From assembly GCA_002404155.1 (NCBI GenBank), contig DHJC01000023.1:98733-162732 (forward strand): DNA of 64,000 bases, given 5' to 3'. The stretch comes from Chloroflexi bacterium UBA4730 (GTDB taxonomy: Bacteria > Chloroflexota > Limnocylindria > P2-11E). A program made the translations under genes and the position numbers. Every line of letters starts with the position of its first letter. The stretch's first letter is position 1. The notes under the pieces were generated by a model. That model saw only the letters and a list, made by a program, of their open reading frames with translations. It was not told the DNA's origin and ran no database searches. Shown here piece after piece: positions 17,454 to 26,621 of the stretch.

Positions 17454-17683
17454 TGTTGCTTCCTCCTTCGCTGGACCGAGGCATTGTGCGCTTTGGGCAT
17501 CCGGGGTGTCGAATACCAGACCAGTACAGCCACGAGTGACATGAAGATCAGACCGATCACGAGGGCCATCGCGCTCACGACGAATTCCGCCGAGTCGCGC
17601 GGCTCGAAGATCAACAGCAGCAGCGCGACGCCCGCTACGAGCACGGCGACCCGGAAGCCCGCACGGAGGATCTGCGGGTCCAC
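17450..17683 (-). CDS. Small two-TM membrane protein embedded in the ABC operon (hypothetical)
   Basis: In-frame GTG at 17683, 1 nt after the ATPase TAA. Its stop overlaps the SBP ATG (ATGA at 17450-17453). Two hydrophobic spans are FRVAVLVAGVALLLLIF and FVVSAMALVIGLIFMSLVAVLVWY. It fills an otherwise unexplained 231-bp gap. Confidence 0.45.
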   Translation of the reverse strand: MDPQILRAGFRVAVLVAGVALLLLIFEPRDSAEFVVSAMALVIGLIFMSLVAVLVWYSTPRMPKAHNASVQRRRKQQ

Positions 17684-17684
17684 G

Positions 17685-18722
17685 TTAGGCGAGCAGTTCC
17701 GCGGCGGGTCGGCGCTCGCGGATGGCCACGTGGCACGCAACTTCCCGCGGCGTGTCGGCGGGCAACGGCAGGAGCTCGGGGATCTGCACGTCGCACAGGC
17801 CAGGCTCCGCGAGCGGGCAGCGCGGATGGAACGTGCAGCCAGGGGGAAGGGCGAGCAGGCTCGGCACCTCGGCAGTCTTCAGCGCGACGCGCTCCTTGGA
17901 GCGGGTGATCCGCGGGTCGGCTTCCGGGATCGCCGCGATGAGGGCGGCGGAGTACGGATGCGCCGGGTCCGAGACGAGCGCTTCGCTGTGCCCCAGCTCG
18001 ACCATTCGTCCGAGGTACATCACCCCGATCCGTCCCTCGCGCGCGAAGTAGCGCGCGACCGCGAGGTCGTGCGTGATGAGCACGATGCTGACGCCCATCT
18101 CGCTCCGGAGGCCGAGCAGCAGGTTGAGCAATGAGATGCGGATCGAGACGTCGACCATCGACACGGCCTCGTCGGCCACGATCACCCGCGGGTCGACCGT
18201 GAGCGCGCGTGCGATCGCGACGCGCTGCCGCTGGCCGCCGGAGAGCTGATGCGGGTACTTCCCGAGGAAGTCGTCCGGCGGCGTGAGCCCGACGACGTCG
18301 AGCAGATGGCGGACGCGGTTCGTCGCGTCGCGGTTGCCCTTGGCCTTCTTGTGGCGATAGAGCGGTGCGGACAGGGTCTGGAAGATCGTGCGCGTCGGAT
18401 TGAGCGACGCATACGGGTCCTGGTGCACGAGCTGCACCGCGCGACGGAACGTGGACAGCTCGTTGCCCTTCTTGCGCCACACGTCCTCGCCTTCGTAGAG
18501 GAGCCGGCCGCTCGTCGGATGCAGGATGCCCGCGAGCATCCGTCCGGTGGTCGTCTTGCCGCAGCCGCTCTCGCCCACGATGCACAGGGCCTCTCCGGCG
18601 CCGATCGCCAGCGACACGCCGTCGACCGCGGTGATCGTGCCGCCCGGCACCTTGAACGCGCGGCTCACGTGGTCGAGCTCGATGACCGCACGCCCCGCGA
18701 CGGTGCTGTCGGCGACGCTCAT
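17685..18722 (-). CDS. ABC transporter ATP-binding protein (OppF/DppF-like)
   Basis: Walker A GESGCGKTT, signature LSGGQRQRVAIARAL, Walker B VIVADEAVSMVDVS. The C-terminal oligopeptide-type extension has a Cys cluster (CTFHPRCPLAEPGLC). Confidence 0.9.
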   Translation of the reverse strand: MSVADSTVAGRAVIELDHVSRAFKVPGGTITAVDGVSLAIGAGEALCIVGESGCGKTTTGRMLAGILHPTSGRLLYEGEDVWRKKGNELSTFRRAVQLVHQDPYASLNPTRTIFQTLSAPLYRHKKAKGNRDATNRVRHLLDVVGLTPPDDFLGKYPHQLSGGQRQRVAIARALTVDPRVIVADEAVSMVDVSIRISLLNLLLGLRSEMGVSIVLITHDLAVARYFAREGRIGVMYLGRMVELGHSEALVSDPAHPYSAALIAAIPEADPRITRSKERVALKTAEVPSLLALPPGCTFHPRCPLAEPGLCDVQIPELLPLPADTPREVACHVAIRERRPAAELLA

Positions 18723-19753
18723 GCCGTGGCGATCTTCTCGGCGACGGCGACCTCAGCCGTGCCGACCTGCTCGGCGACCGTCTTCCACCGGATACAGCGC
18801 GCCTCGTGGTTCGGCGTGTCCACCGGCACGAGATCGGGCTCCCGCTCGGCACACGCCGCGATCGCGAGCGGACAGCGGGGGACATACGTGCAGCCTGATG
18901 GCAGCCGGATGAGGTCGGGAGGCGATCCGGGGATCGAGGCGACCGAGCCCATCGCGCCCGAGACCCGCGGCACCGCGCGGAGCAGTCCGACCGAGTACGG
19001 ATGGCGAGGCCGATAGAAGAGGTCGGTCACCGACGCACGCTCGACGATGGTGCCGGCGTACATCGTGATCATGCGATCCGCGAGCTCGGCCGCGATCGAG
19101 AGGTCGTGCGAGATGAAGATCAGCGAGAAGCCGAGCTTCTTCCGCAGCTGCCCGAGGAGATCGATGATCGAGCGCTGGGTGAGGATGTCGAGCGCGGTGG
19201 TCGGCTCGTCGAGGATGATCAGCTGCGGCTCGAGCAGCAGGCTGAGCGCGATGAGCACCCGTTGCTTCATCCCGCCGGACAGCTCGTGCGGATACGCCTT
19301 GAGGATGCGGTCGGGATCGAGGTGCACGAGATCGAGCAGCTCCTGGGCCCGGGCGTGGATCTTCGCGCTGTCCTTCATGCCGTGGGCCCGCGCGGTGTCG
19401 GCGAACTGCTCCCAGATGTTGATGACCGGATTGAAGGAGTTGAGCGCGGCCTGGAAGACCATCGCGCATTCGCTCCAGCGATACTGGCGGAGCTCGTCGT
19501 CGGGCAACGTCTGGATGTCGACGGTCTCGCGATCGTTCGTGTACAGGATCTGACCCTTCGTGATGCGCGCCGATCGCGGCGACAGGCGGATGAAGCTGAC
19601 CGCCAGGGTCGTCTTGCCCGAGCCGCTCTCGCCGATGATCGCGACGGTCTCGCCCTTCTCGATGTCGAACGACACGTCGCGTACCGCGTGCACCGGTCCG
19701 CGCCGGGTGCGGTAGTCGATCGACAGGTCGCGAACGGAGAGGATCGGCGTCAT
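18719..19753 (-). CDS. ABC transporter ATP-binding protein (OppD/DppD-like)
   Basis: Walker A GESGSGKTT, signature LSGGMKQRVLIALSL, Walker B LIILDEPTTALD. The C-terminal segment is CTYVPRCPLAIAAC. Confidence 0.9.
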   Translation of the reverse strand: MTPILSVRDLSIDYRTRRGPVHAVRDVSFDIEKGETVAIIGESGSGKTTLAVSFIRLSPRSARITKGQILYTNDRETVDIQTLPDDELRQYRWSECAMVFQAALNSFNPVINIWEQFADTARAHGMKDSAKIHARAQELLDLVHLDPDRILKAYPHELSGGMKQRVLIALSLLLEPQLIILDEPTTALDILTQRSIIDLLGQLRKKLGFSLIFISHDLSIAAELADRMITMYAGTIVERASVTDLFYRPRHPYSVGLLRAVPRVSGAMGSVASIPGSPPDLIRLPSGCTYVPRCPLAIAACAEREPDLVPVDTPNHEARCIRWKTVAEQVGTAEVAVAEKIATA

Positions 19754-20652
19754 GACGAGCGGAGGCGCGGGTTGAAGATGTCCTCCATGGCGTTGACGAA
19801 CAGGACGAGGGACAGCTGCAGCAGGATGATGGCGAAGATCGGACTGAACACGAACCAGAACGCGTCGCGGAAGTAGAATGCCCCCTGGGTCTGCGCGAAA
19901 TAGAGCATGAGGGCCCAGTTCTTTCCGGAGAACGGCACGAGCCCGAGGATGATGAGCGCGACCTGCGCGTAGATCGCCCCGGTCATCGCCAGTACGAAGT
20001 GGATGACGATGTAGCTCCGCATGTTGGGCAGGATCTCGCGGAACACGATGTGCGTGAGGCCGAGATCCAACGATTTCGCGGCCTCCACGTAATCGCGCTC
20101 CTTCAGGGTGAGGACCTGCGCCCGGACCTGGCGCATGAGTCCAGCCCAGCCGAGGAGCGAAAGCACGAGCGCGAGTGCCAGGAAGTTCGTCGGCCGGGCC
20201 AACGCGGAGATGACGATGAGCACGATGAGCGGCGGTACCGTGAGGAGGATGTCCGCGAGGCCGACGAGCGCGGCATCGAAGCGCCCGCCCACGAGCGCTG
20301 AGACCGATCCGAGCACCGTCGCGACGAGCGTCGTGAGGAACGCGGTGATGAGTGCGACGCCGATGATCTCCTTGCCACCCTGGACGATCTGGTTCAAGAC
20401 ATCCCGGCCGGTGTTGTCGGTGCCGAGGAAATGCTGGGCGGACGGCGTCTGATAGATGGCGTTCACGTCGCCGCTCTCCTGATTCGGGACGAAGATCGGC
20501 GCGACGAACGCGAGCACGAGGAAGAACACGATGCCGGCGAAGCCGACGAGCCCGCTGGGCCGCCGCGAGAGCAGCCGGAGGAACTCGAGCCCACCCTCGA
20601 TCGGGCCGGGAAGGGTCCGGTCACCGCGGCGCGGGATCGCGGCGGCGGTCAT
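19750..20652 (-). CDS. ABC transporter permease (DppC/OppC-like)
   Basis: ATG at 20652 overlaps the upstream permease stop (ATGA). FLGTDNTGRDVLNQIVQGGKE and the EAA-type loop DYVEAAKSLDLGLTHIVFREILPN are present. The upstream part of the 639-aa track ORF is an out-of-frame shadow of the neighbouring permease. Confidence 0.85.
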   Translation of the reverse strand: MTAAAIPRRGDRTLPGPIEGGLEFLRLLSRRPSGLVGFAGIVFFLVLAFVAPIFVPNQESGDVNAIYQTPSAQHFLGTDNTGRDVLNQIVQGGKEIIGVALITAFLTTLVATVLGSVSALVGGRFDAALVGLADILLTVPPLIVLIVISALARPTNFLALALVLSLLGWAGLMRQVRAQVLTLKERDYVEAAKSLDLGLTHIVFREILPNMRSYIVIHFVLAMTGAIYAQVALIILGLVPFSGKNWALMLYFAQTQGAFYFRDAFWFVFSPIFAIILLQLSLVLFVNAMEDIFNPRLRSS

Positions 20653-21758
20653 GTGCCCGTCGCCCCGCCCGCACGGCCGATCCGTGGGTCGAGCCGGCTG
20701 TAGAGAAGATCGGCGGCGAGGTTCAAGATGACCACCGAGAGCGTCACCATCAGCAGGATCCCCTGCATCACCGGGTAGTCGCGCTGCGTGACCGCGGCCT
20801 GGAGCCTCAGGCCGACGCCCTGGTAGACGAAGTAGCTCTCGATGATGATCGAGCCGCCGATGGCGAGTCCGGCGGTGATCGCGAGCTGGGTCACCAGCGG
20901 AAGCACGGCGTTGCGGCCGACATATGCGGTCATGATCCGGCCGTCCGAGAGACCGCGAGCCCGCGCTGCGCTCACGTAGTCCTCTTCGAGCGCGTTGATC
21001 GTCGCGCTCTTCATGCCGAGGATCCAGTGGCCGACGCTCGCAAGGAAGTACACCGAGACCGGCAGTATCGCGTGGAACAGCACGTCGCCGATGAACGAGA
21101 AGGTGAACCCGGGCTGGATGCCGGAGCTCGTCGCGCCGCGCATCTGGGTGATCGGGACCCACCGTAGCTCGACCCCGAGCACGATCACGATCAGCAACGC
21201 GATGAAGTAGTTCGGGACAGCGCTGATGATCGAGCCGCCGAGCGAGAGGATGTGATCCGCCCGCGTGTTCCGGTTGTACGCAGCGAAGAGTCCAAGGAAC
21301 ACGCCCACGCTGAAGCTCAACAGCAGCCCCGTGCCGACCGAGAAGAGCGTCCACGGCAGCACCGCGAGCACGATCGCGGTGACCGGCGTGCCCTGCGACA
21401 CGAAGGAATAGCCGAGGTTGCCGTGTGCGAGATTGCCGATGAACGAGACGTACTGCTCGAGGACGGGCTTGTCGAGATCGATGCTGAAGAGGCTGGCCGC
21501 CTGCGCGCGGGCCTCCTGATACGTCATGAGGCCGTCCTTGGTGAGCTCGTCGATCTTGATATCGATCGGATTGCCAGGCATGAGCCGGATGAGGAAGAAC
21601 GTGATGGTCGTCGTGACGAACACGGTGAGGAAGGCCTTCAGCACGGCCTGCGCGACCGGATGGCGCCAATACCCGAGGATGTGGCGGGCGCGGCTCGCGC
21701 GCGGTGTGGCCGGGAGCTGCTGCGCGACCATCCTCGCGTCGGCGGGCGTCGTGGTCAC
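20649..21758 (-). CDS. ABC transporter permease (DppB/OppB-like)
   Basis: LKAFLTVFVTTTITFFLIRLMPGNP is the characteristic N-terminus, and the EAA loop is DYVSAARARGLSDGRIMTAYVGRNA. The start is ambiguous between the GTG at 21758 and the ATG at 21731. Confidence 0.85.
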   Translation of the reverse strand: MTTTPADARMVAQQLPATPRASRARHILGYWRHPVAQAVLKAFLTVFVTTTITFFLIRLMPGNPIDIKIDELTKDGLMTYQEARAQAASLFSIDLDKPVLEQYVSFIGNLAHGNLGYSFVSQGTPVTAIVLAVLPWTLFSVGTGLLLSFSVGVFLGLFAAYNRNTRADHILSLGGSIISAVPNYFIALLIVIVLGVELRWVPITQMRGATSSGIQPGFTFSFIGDVLFHAILPVSVYFLASVGHWILGMKSATINALEEDYVSAARARGLSDGRIMTAYVGRNAVLPLVTQLAITAGLAIGGSIIIESYFVYQGVGLRLQAAVTQRDYPVMQGILLMVTLSVVILNLAADLLYSRLDPRIGRAGGATGT

Positions 21759-21767
21759 GCGCGCATC

Positions 21768-22448
21768 TTAGGACGGCCGCTGGCGCCGGGACCCGTCCAG
21801 CAGCATTTCGAGCGAGACCGTGGCAAGTGAATCGAACCGGTGGTCGGCGCCGGTGAGGTCCATCGCCACGGTGAGCTCGTTCGGCACCACGACGCAGCGC
21901 ATCCCCGCGGCCTGGGCCGCGAGCATGCCGTTACGCGAGTCCTCGAACGCGATCGCCTCCGCCGGGCGCACACCCAGGCCCGCGCACGCCGCCAGATACA
22001 GATCCGGCGCCGGCTTCGCCCGCAGCTCCGGTCGATCGCGGCACTGGACGTGATCGAAGAACGCGCGCAGGTCCAGGCGCTCGAGATGGCCCAGGACCCA
22101 TTTCGGCGTCGAGCTCGAGCACACCGCGAGGCGGAGCCAGCGGGACGTTGCGTCCGTGAGCAGGCGGCGCAGGCCGGCGGTCTCCGCGACCGCCATCACG
22201 AGCTCCGTCTTGCGCGCGTCCCGGCGCTGCTGGATCGCGTCGCGATCGTCGCGCGGCCCGACCAGCCCTTCGAGGTACGCCAGCGCGTCGAACCAGTTGC
22301 CCTCGCGCCCGATGTAGTCGAGCCACAGTTCCTTCGGCAGCTCGTGCCCGAACTCGCGATAGATCTCGACCCAGGCCTGATACGCGGGCGTTTCCGTTTC
22401 CAAGATCAGGCCGTCGAAGTCGAAGACGAGCGCCCGGATCACCACCAT
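21768..22448 (-). CDS. HAD-superfamily hydrolase (beta-phosphoglucomutase/phosphatase-like, subfamily IA)
   Basis: ATG at 22448. Motif I is LVFDFDGLILETE, motif II is AVCSSST, motif IV is IAFEDSRNGMLAAQAAGM. Only the last 226 aa of the 654-aa track ORF are credible. Confidence 0.8.
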   Translation of the reverse strand: MVVIRALVFDFDGLILETETPAYQAWVEIYREFGHELPKELWLDYIGREGNWFDALAYLEGLVGPRDDRDAIQQRRDARKTELVMAVAETAGLRRLLTDATSRWLRLAVCSSSTPKWVLGHLERLDLRAFFDHVQCRDRPELRAKPAPDLYLAACAGLGVRPAEAIAFEDSRNGMLAAQAAGMRCVVVPNELTVAMDLTGADHRFDSLATVSLEMLLDGSRRQRPS

Positions 22449-23707
22449 CGCTCCGACGGTACGAGACCGAGGGTCGTGCGTGCGTCGGCGGCGAGGGCGA
22501 GCGATCCGGCGACGCAGACCAGGCCATCCGGCCCCGCCGTTCGGCGGGCGGCGCCAAGCGCCGCCGGAGGATCCGCTGCGGTCGTAACGGGAATGCGCGC
22601 AACGCGCGCCGCGACGCGCGCGACGTCGATCGGGTCCGCGGCGCGTGGGCTCGAAGAGCGAGTGACGATCACCGCCGCGGACACACGGGCCAGCGGCTTG
22701 ATCACGGCGCGGGCGTCCTTGTCCCGGTTGATCCCAATGACGAGGACCAACCGTCTGCCGCCGCGTTCCTGACGGAGCGTGCGCGCGAGGGCCTCGGCGG
22801 ACGCGCCGTTGTGCGCCCCGTCGAGCACGATCGGCGGATGGCCGCGCACGCGCTCGAATCGCGCGGGCCACGTCGTCGTGCGCAGCCCATTCGCGATCGC
22901 GGGCTCGTCGATGCCGAGCGCGCGCGCCGCCGCGATCGCGAGCGCCGCGTTCTGTCGCTGGTGATCGCCCGGCAGCGCGAGATCGGCATGCACGCCGAGC
23001 GGCCGCACGAGGCGGCATATTGCGGCGTTCTCGCGACAGATCCGCTCGATCGCCCGCGCGGCCGCCGGCCGTTGCACCGCGACGATCGCGGGGCGCCCGC
23101 GCCGGACGATGCCCGCCTTCTCGGTCGCGATGGCTCCAAGCGTCCGTCCGAGGACCGCGGTGTGGTCGTAACTGATCGAGGTGATGACCGAGACCTCCGC
23201 ATCGAGCGCGTTCGTCGCGTCCAGCCCGCCACCGAGCCCCACCTCGACGATGGCGACCGCGCAGTCGCGCTCGGCGAACGCGCGCAACGCGAGCAGGAGC
23301 GTGAGCTCGAACGTCGTGGGCTCGCCTGCGGCGGGATGCTCGCGGCGAAGCCGCGAGACGAGGGGGCGAAGCTGTTCGATGGCTCGCGCGAAGTCCGCCT
23401 CGCCGAGCATCGCACCGTCGATGCGGACGCGCTCGCGATAGGTCTGGAGGTGCGGCGAGGTGAACAGGCCGGCGCGGACGCCCGCCGTGTGCAGCATCGC
23501 GGCGAGGAACGCCGCGGTCGAGCCCTTGCCCTTCGTTCCGGCGATCAGCACGACCCGCAGCTGCCGGTCCGGCTCGCCCGCTGACCGCAGCAGGGCGCGC
23601 ATCCGGCCGAGCCGCCAGCGCGCCGCCCGGCTCGCGCGCGGGTTCCACCCGATCCCGAGCTCCGGATCGGAGAAGCCGAGCAGCCACTCGAGCGCGGATC
23701 TGCGCAT
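22439..23707 (-). CDS. folC: Bifunctional folylpolyglutamate synthase / dihydrofolate synthase
   Basis: P-loop IAGTKGKGSTAAFLAAML, FTSPHLQTYRERVRIDG, VEVGLGGGLDATN, ITSISYDHTAVLG and DGAHNGASAEAL. The start is at 23707 (MRRSALEW) or 23737 (MVWRG...). Confidence 0.85.
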   Translation of the reverse strand: MRRSALEWLLGFSDPELGIGWNPRASRAARWRLGRMRALLRSAGEPDRQLRVVLIAGTKGKGSTAAFLAAMLHTAGVRAGLFTSPHLQTYRERVRIDGAMLGEADFARAIEQLRPLVSRLRREHPAAGEPTTFELTLLLALRAFAERDCAVAIVEVGLGGGLDATNALDAEVSVITSISYDHTAVLGRTLGAIATEKAGIVRRGRPAIVAVQRPAAARAIERICRENAAICRLVRPLGVHADLALPGDHQRQNAALAIAAARALGIDEPAIANGLRTTTWPARFERVRGHPPIVLDGAHNGASAEALARTLRQERGGRRLVLVIGINRDKDARAVIKPLARVSAAVIVTRSSSPRAADPIDVARVAARVARIPVTTAADPPAALGAARRTAGPDGLVCVAGSLALAADARTTLGLVPSERWW

Positions 23708-23755
23708 GGACGGTCGGATTGTGCCGCGCCATACCATCGTTCGTGGAGTGGCCGA

Positions 23756-24277
23756 TTGATCGAAGACCTTGACGGTGTCACCGAGCCGCGTCCTTCGTGG
23801 CCGGCGCGATGGCTGCTGCCGGTCGTAGGCGGGCTCCTGCTGGCCGTCGTGCTCGCGACGAGCTTCCTGCGCTTCACGCCGGCCCGCGTGAGCGTGCTCG
23901 ACTCCGCGCCGCCGGCGACGGGGATCAAGGCGATCGAGCTGCCCCGGAACTTCGCGACCCTCGAGACGCGGCTGCAGTTCTCGGGCATCACGGGGCTGAC
24001 CAGCATGGCCATGAGCGAAGGGTTCCGCGACACGTATCGCCTCGCGGATGGTCGCCTGGCGATCGTCATCGAGTACCCCGATCCGGCGGGCGACGCGCTG
24101 CTCGCGCCGGAGCAGCGCGTCACGGTACCGGTCCGCGGCGTGACCGGCGCGTTCTTCGATACGGTCGCGGCGAGCCAGCCGAAAGCGATCGCGTGGGTCG
24201 CGGACGGGATGCAGTACCAGGTGGGCGGCGCGTTCTCCGCCGACGAGCTGATCGGTCTCGCGGAGCAGCTGCGCTAA
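23756..24277 (+). CDS. Hypothetical membrane-anchored protein (single N-terminal TM, extracytoplasmic beta-rich domain)
   Basis: TTG start. The TM segment is WLLPVVGGLLLAVVLATSFL. No diagnostic motif was recognised. It fills the gap between folC and the CN-hydrolase gene. Confidence 0.5.
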   Translation: MIEDLDGVTEPRPSWPARWLLPVVGGLLLAVVLATSFLRFTPARVSVLDSAPPATGIKAIELPRNFATLETRLQFSGITGLTSMAMSEGFRDTYRLADGRLAIVIEYPDPAGDALLAPEQRVTVPVRGVTGAFFDTVAASQPKAIAWVADGMQYQVGGAFSADELIGLAEQLR

Positions 24278-24308
24278 TGTCCGCACCGTTGATGGAGGGG
24301 ACTACCGA

Positions 24309-25148
24309 ATGGCGAAGGTGAAGGCCGCGCTCGTCCAAACCGCGTGGACCGGCGACAAGGACTCGATGGTCGCCTGTCACCTCAAGCACATCGATGATGC
24401 GGCGAAGCAGGGCGCGCAGGTGATCTGCCTCCAGGAGCTCTTCTATGGTCCGTACTTCTGCCAGGTCGAGGACAAGAAGGGCTACGCCTACACCGAGCGC
24501 ATCCCCGACGGACCCACCACCAAGCTCCTTCAAGAGCGGGCGAAGAAGCACTCGATGGTGATCATCGCCCCGATGTACGAGGAGGATCAGCCGGGGCTCT
24601 ACTACAACACCGCCGCGGTCATCGACGCGGACGGCAAATACCTCGGCAAGTACCGCAAGACGCACATCCCGCACCTGCCGGGCTTCTGGGAGAAGTTCTA
24701 CTTCCGCCCCGGCAACATGGGCTACCCGGTTTTCGACACCGCCGTCGGCAAGGTCGGTGTGTACATCTGCTACGACCGCCACTTCCCGGAGGGCGCGCGG
24801 ATGCTCGGCCTGCATGGCGCCGAGCTCGTGTTCATCCCGTCCGCGACCTCCCGCGGCCTGTCGATGCACCTCTGGTTCATCGAGCAGACCGCGCACGCCA
24901 TCGCGAACGGCTACTGGGTCGGCACGATCAACCGCGTCGGCGTCGAGGCCGAGTACGGGAAGAACGAGTACTACGGCTCCTCGTACTTCGCCGATCCGCG
25001 CGGCAAGATCGTCGCACAGGCCTCCGACAAGGAAGAGCAACTGCTCGTCGCGGATCTCGACATGGACCTCGTCCGCGAGGTGCGCGACACCTGGCAGTTC
25101 TACCGCGACCGCCGGCCCGACATGTACGCCGACGTGACCGCGCCGTAG
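24309..25148 (+). CDS. Carbon-nitrogen hydrolase family enzyme, beta-ureidopropionase / N-carbamoyl-amino-acid amidohydrolase-like
   Basis: Catalytic triad contexts are ICLQELF (Glu), KYRKTHIP (Lys) and VYICYDRHFPE (Cys). GPTTKLLQERAKKHSMVIIAPMYEE resembles beta-alanine synthases. Confidence 0.8.
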   Translation: MAKVKAALVQTAWTGDKDSMVACHLKHIDDAAKQGAQVICLQELFYGPYFCQVEDKKGYAYTERIPDGPTTKLLQERAKKHSMVIIAPMYEEDQPGLYYNTAAVIDADGKYLGKYRKTHIPHLPGFWEKFYFRPGNMGYPVFDTAVGKVGVYICYDRHFPEGARMLGLHGAELVFIPSATSRGLSMHLWFIEQTAHAIANGYWVGTINRVGVEAEYGKNEYYGSSYFADPRGKIVAQASDKEEQLLVADLDMDLVREVRDTWQFYRDRRPDMYADVTAP

Positions 25149-26593
25149 TGGCGGTGCGCCCCGCGCTGAATCACATCGGCGGGGCCTGGGTCGAGTCGTC
25201 GTCGCATGCGACCGTCGAGGATCGCGACCCCGCCCATACCGATCGGGTCCTCGCGAACGCGACCGCGTCGACCCCGGCCGACGTCCGCAACGCGATCGAC
25301 GCCGCGGAGAAGGCGTTCCCGGAGTGGCGTGCGACGCCGGCGCCGCAACGCGGCGACATCGTGCGCAAGGCGGCGGATCTCATGGAGCGCCGCCGCGATC
25401 AGCTTGCGCGCCTGCTGACGCAGGAGGAGGGCAAAGTCCTCGCCGAATCCTTCGTCGAGGTCGACCGCGCGATCGCGAACGTACGCTTCTCCGGCGCCCA
25501 GGGGACGCGCCTGGTCGGCGAGACGATCCCGTCCGCGCAGCGCGGCACCTTCATCTACACCACCCGTGAGCCGCTCGGCGTCGTCGTGTGCGTCACCCCG
25601 TGGAACTTCCCGATCGCCATCCCGGCATGGAAGATCGCGCCCGCGCTCGTCGCCGGAAACGCGGTCGTCTTCAAGCCCGCGTCGCTCACGCCGCTGTGCG
25701 CGACCGAGGTCGTGCAGTGCTTCCTCGACGCAGGGCTACCCGACGGGGTGCTCAACCTCGTGCTCGGCTCCGGCGAGGCGCTCTCGAGCGCGCTCATCGA
25801 CGACGGACGGATCAAGGCGATCTCGTTCACCGGCTCGTCCGCCGTCGGCCGCACGCTGTACGCGCGCGCGGCGCAGCGCCTCTGCAAGGTGCAGCTCGAG
25901 ATGGGCGGAAAGAACGCGGTGATCGTCCTCGCCGACGCGGATCTCGAGAAGGCCGCGGAGAGCGTCGCGTCGGGCGCGTTCGGCGCGACCGGACAGCGCT
26001 GCACCGCGACGAGCCGGGCCGTCGTCGCGAAGCCGCTCCTCGCCGACTTCGTGAAGCTCCTCGGATCGAAGGCCGAGTCGTGGAAGCCCGGCGATGGCCT
26101 GGCCGACGGCGTGAAGATGGGACCGTTGGTCGACGCGTCGCAGCTGAAGAAGGTGCAGGCGAAGATCGCCGACGGGAAGCGCGAGGGCGCGACGCTCGTG
26201 CGGGATGGGACGAACGTCGGCATCGAGGGCGGCTACTTCGTCGCGCCGACGATCTTCACCGAGGTCGATCCGCGGATGAGCATCGCGCAGGAAGAGATCT
26301 TCGGTCCGGTCGTCAGCGTGATCCCGGCGGACGACCTCGAGTCGGCGCTCGCGAAGGCGAACGCCGTGGGCTACGGGTTGTCGTCATCGATCTACACCCG
26401 CGATCTCCACTCCGCGTTCCGCTACGCGGACGCTTCGGAGGCCGGAATGCTCCACATCAACCTGCCGACCTTGGGTGGCGAAGCGCACGTGCCGTTCGGC
26501 GGGGTGAAGGACTCCGGGTTCGGCGACCGCGAGTGCGGGGCTGCGGCGTTCGACTTCTTCAGCGAGCAAAAGGTGGTCTACGTCGGGTACTAG
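25148..26593 (+). CDS. NAD(P)-dependent aldehyde dehydrogenase
   Basis: GTG overlaps the upstream TAG (TAGTG). [32 protein letters not shown] (catalytic Cys) and EEIFGPV are present. Confidence 0.9.
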   Translation: MAVRPALNHIGGAWVESSSHATVEDRDPAHTDRVLANATASTPADVRNAIDAAEKAFPEWRATPAPQRGDIVRKAADLMERRRDQLARLLTQEEGKVLAESFVEVDRAIANVRFSGAQGTRLVGETIPSAQRGTFIYTTREPLGVVVCVTPWNFPIAIPAWKIAPALVAGNAVVFKPASLTPLCATEVVQCFLDAGLPDGVLNLVLGSGEALSSALIDDGRIKAISFTGSSAVGRTLYARAAQRLCKVQLEMGGKNAVIVLADADLEKAAESVASGAFGATGQRCTATSRAVVAKPLLADFVKLLGSKAESWKPGDGLADGVKMGPLVDASQLKKVQAKIADGKREGATLVRDGTNVGIEGGYFVAPTIFTEVDPRMSIAQEEIFGPVVSVIPADDLESALAKANAVGYGLSSSIYTRDLHSAFRYADASEAGMLHINLPTLGGEAHVPFGGVKDSGFGDRECGAAAFDFFSEQKVVYVGY

Positions 26594-26621
26594 CGACCCG
26601 CGCGATGAGCGTGGGCTGGTC

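Noticed and set aside
15705-18134. 809-aa plus-strand ORF, the longest of many long ORFs lying antisense to real genes. Others include 898-2079(-), 3606-5153(+), 27967-29748(+), 34290-35921(+), 36082-37548(+), 39334-40749(+), 55455-56849(+) and 58006-59667(+).
   Set aside because: The translations are Arg/Ala/Gly/Pro/Asp/Glu-rich with no recognisable domains. They lie exactly opposite genes with clear family motifs. This is the expected stop-codon-poor shadow ORF pattern in roughly 70% GC DNA.
21768-23732. 654-aa minus-strand ORF treated as one gene. The same applies to 48905-51283 (792 aa), 30945-33365 (806 aa), 31170-33524 (784 aa), 9507-12143 (878 aa), 19750-21669 (639 aa) and 22439-24286 (615 aa).
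   Set aside because: Only the C-terminal portions carry family motifs and SD or junction-supported starts. The N-terminal extensions are Arg/Pro-rich and overlap neighbouring genes out of frame, so I trimmed them.
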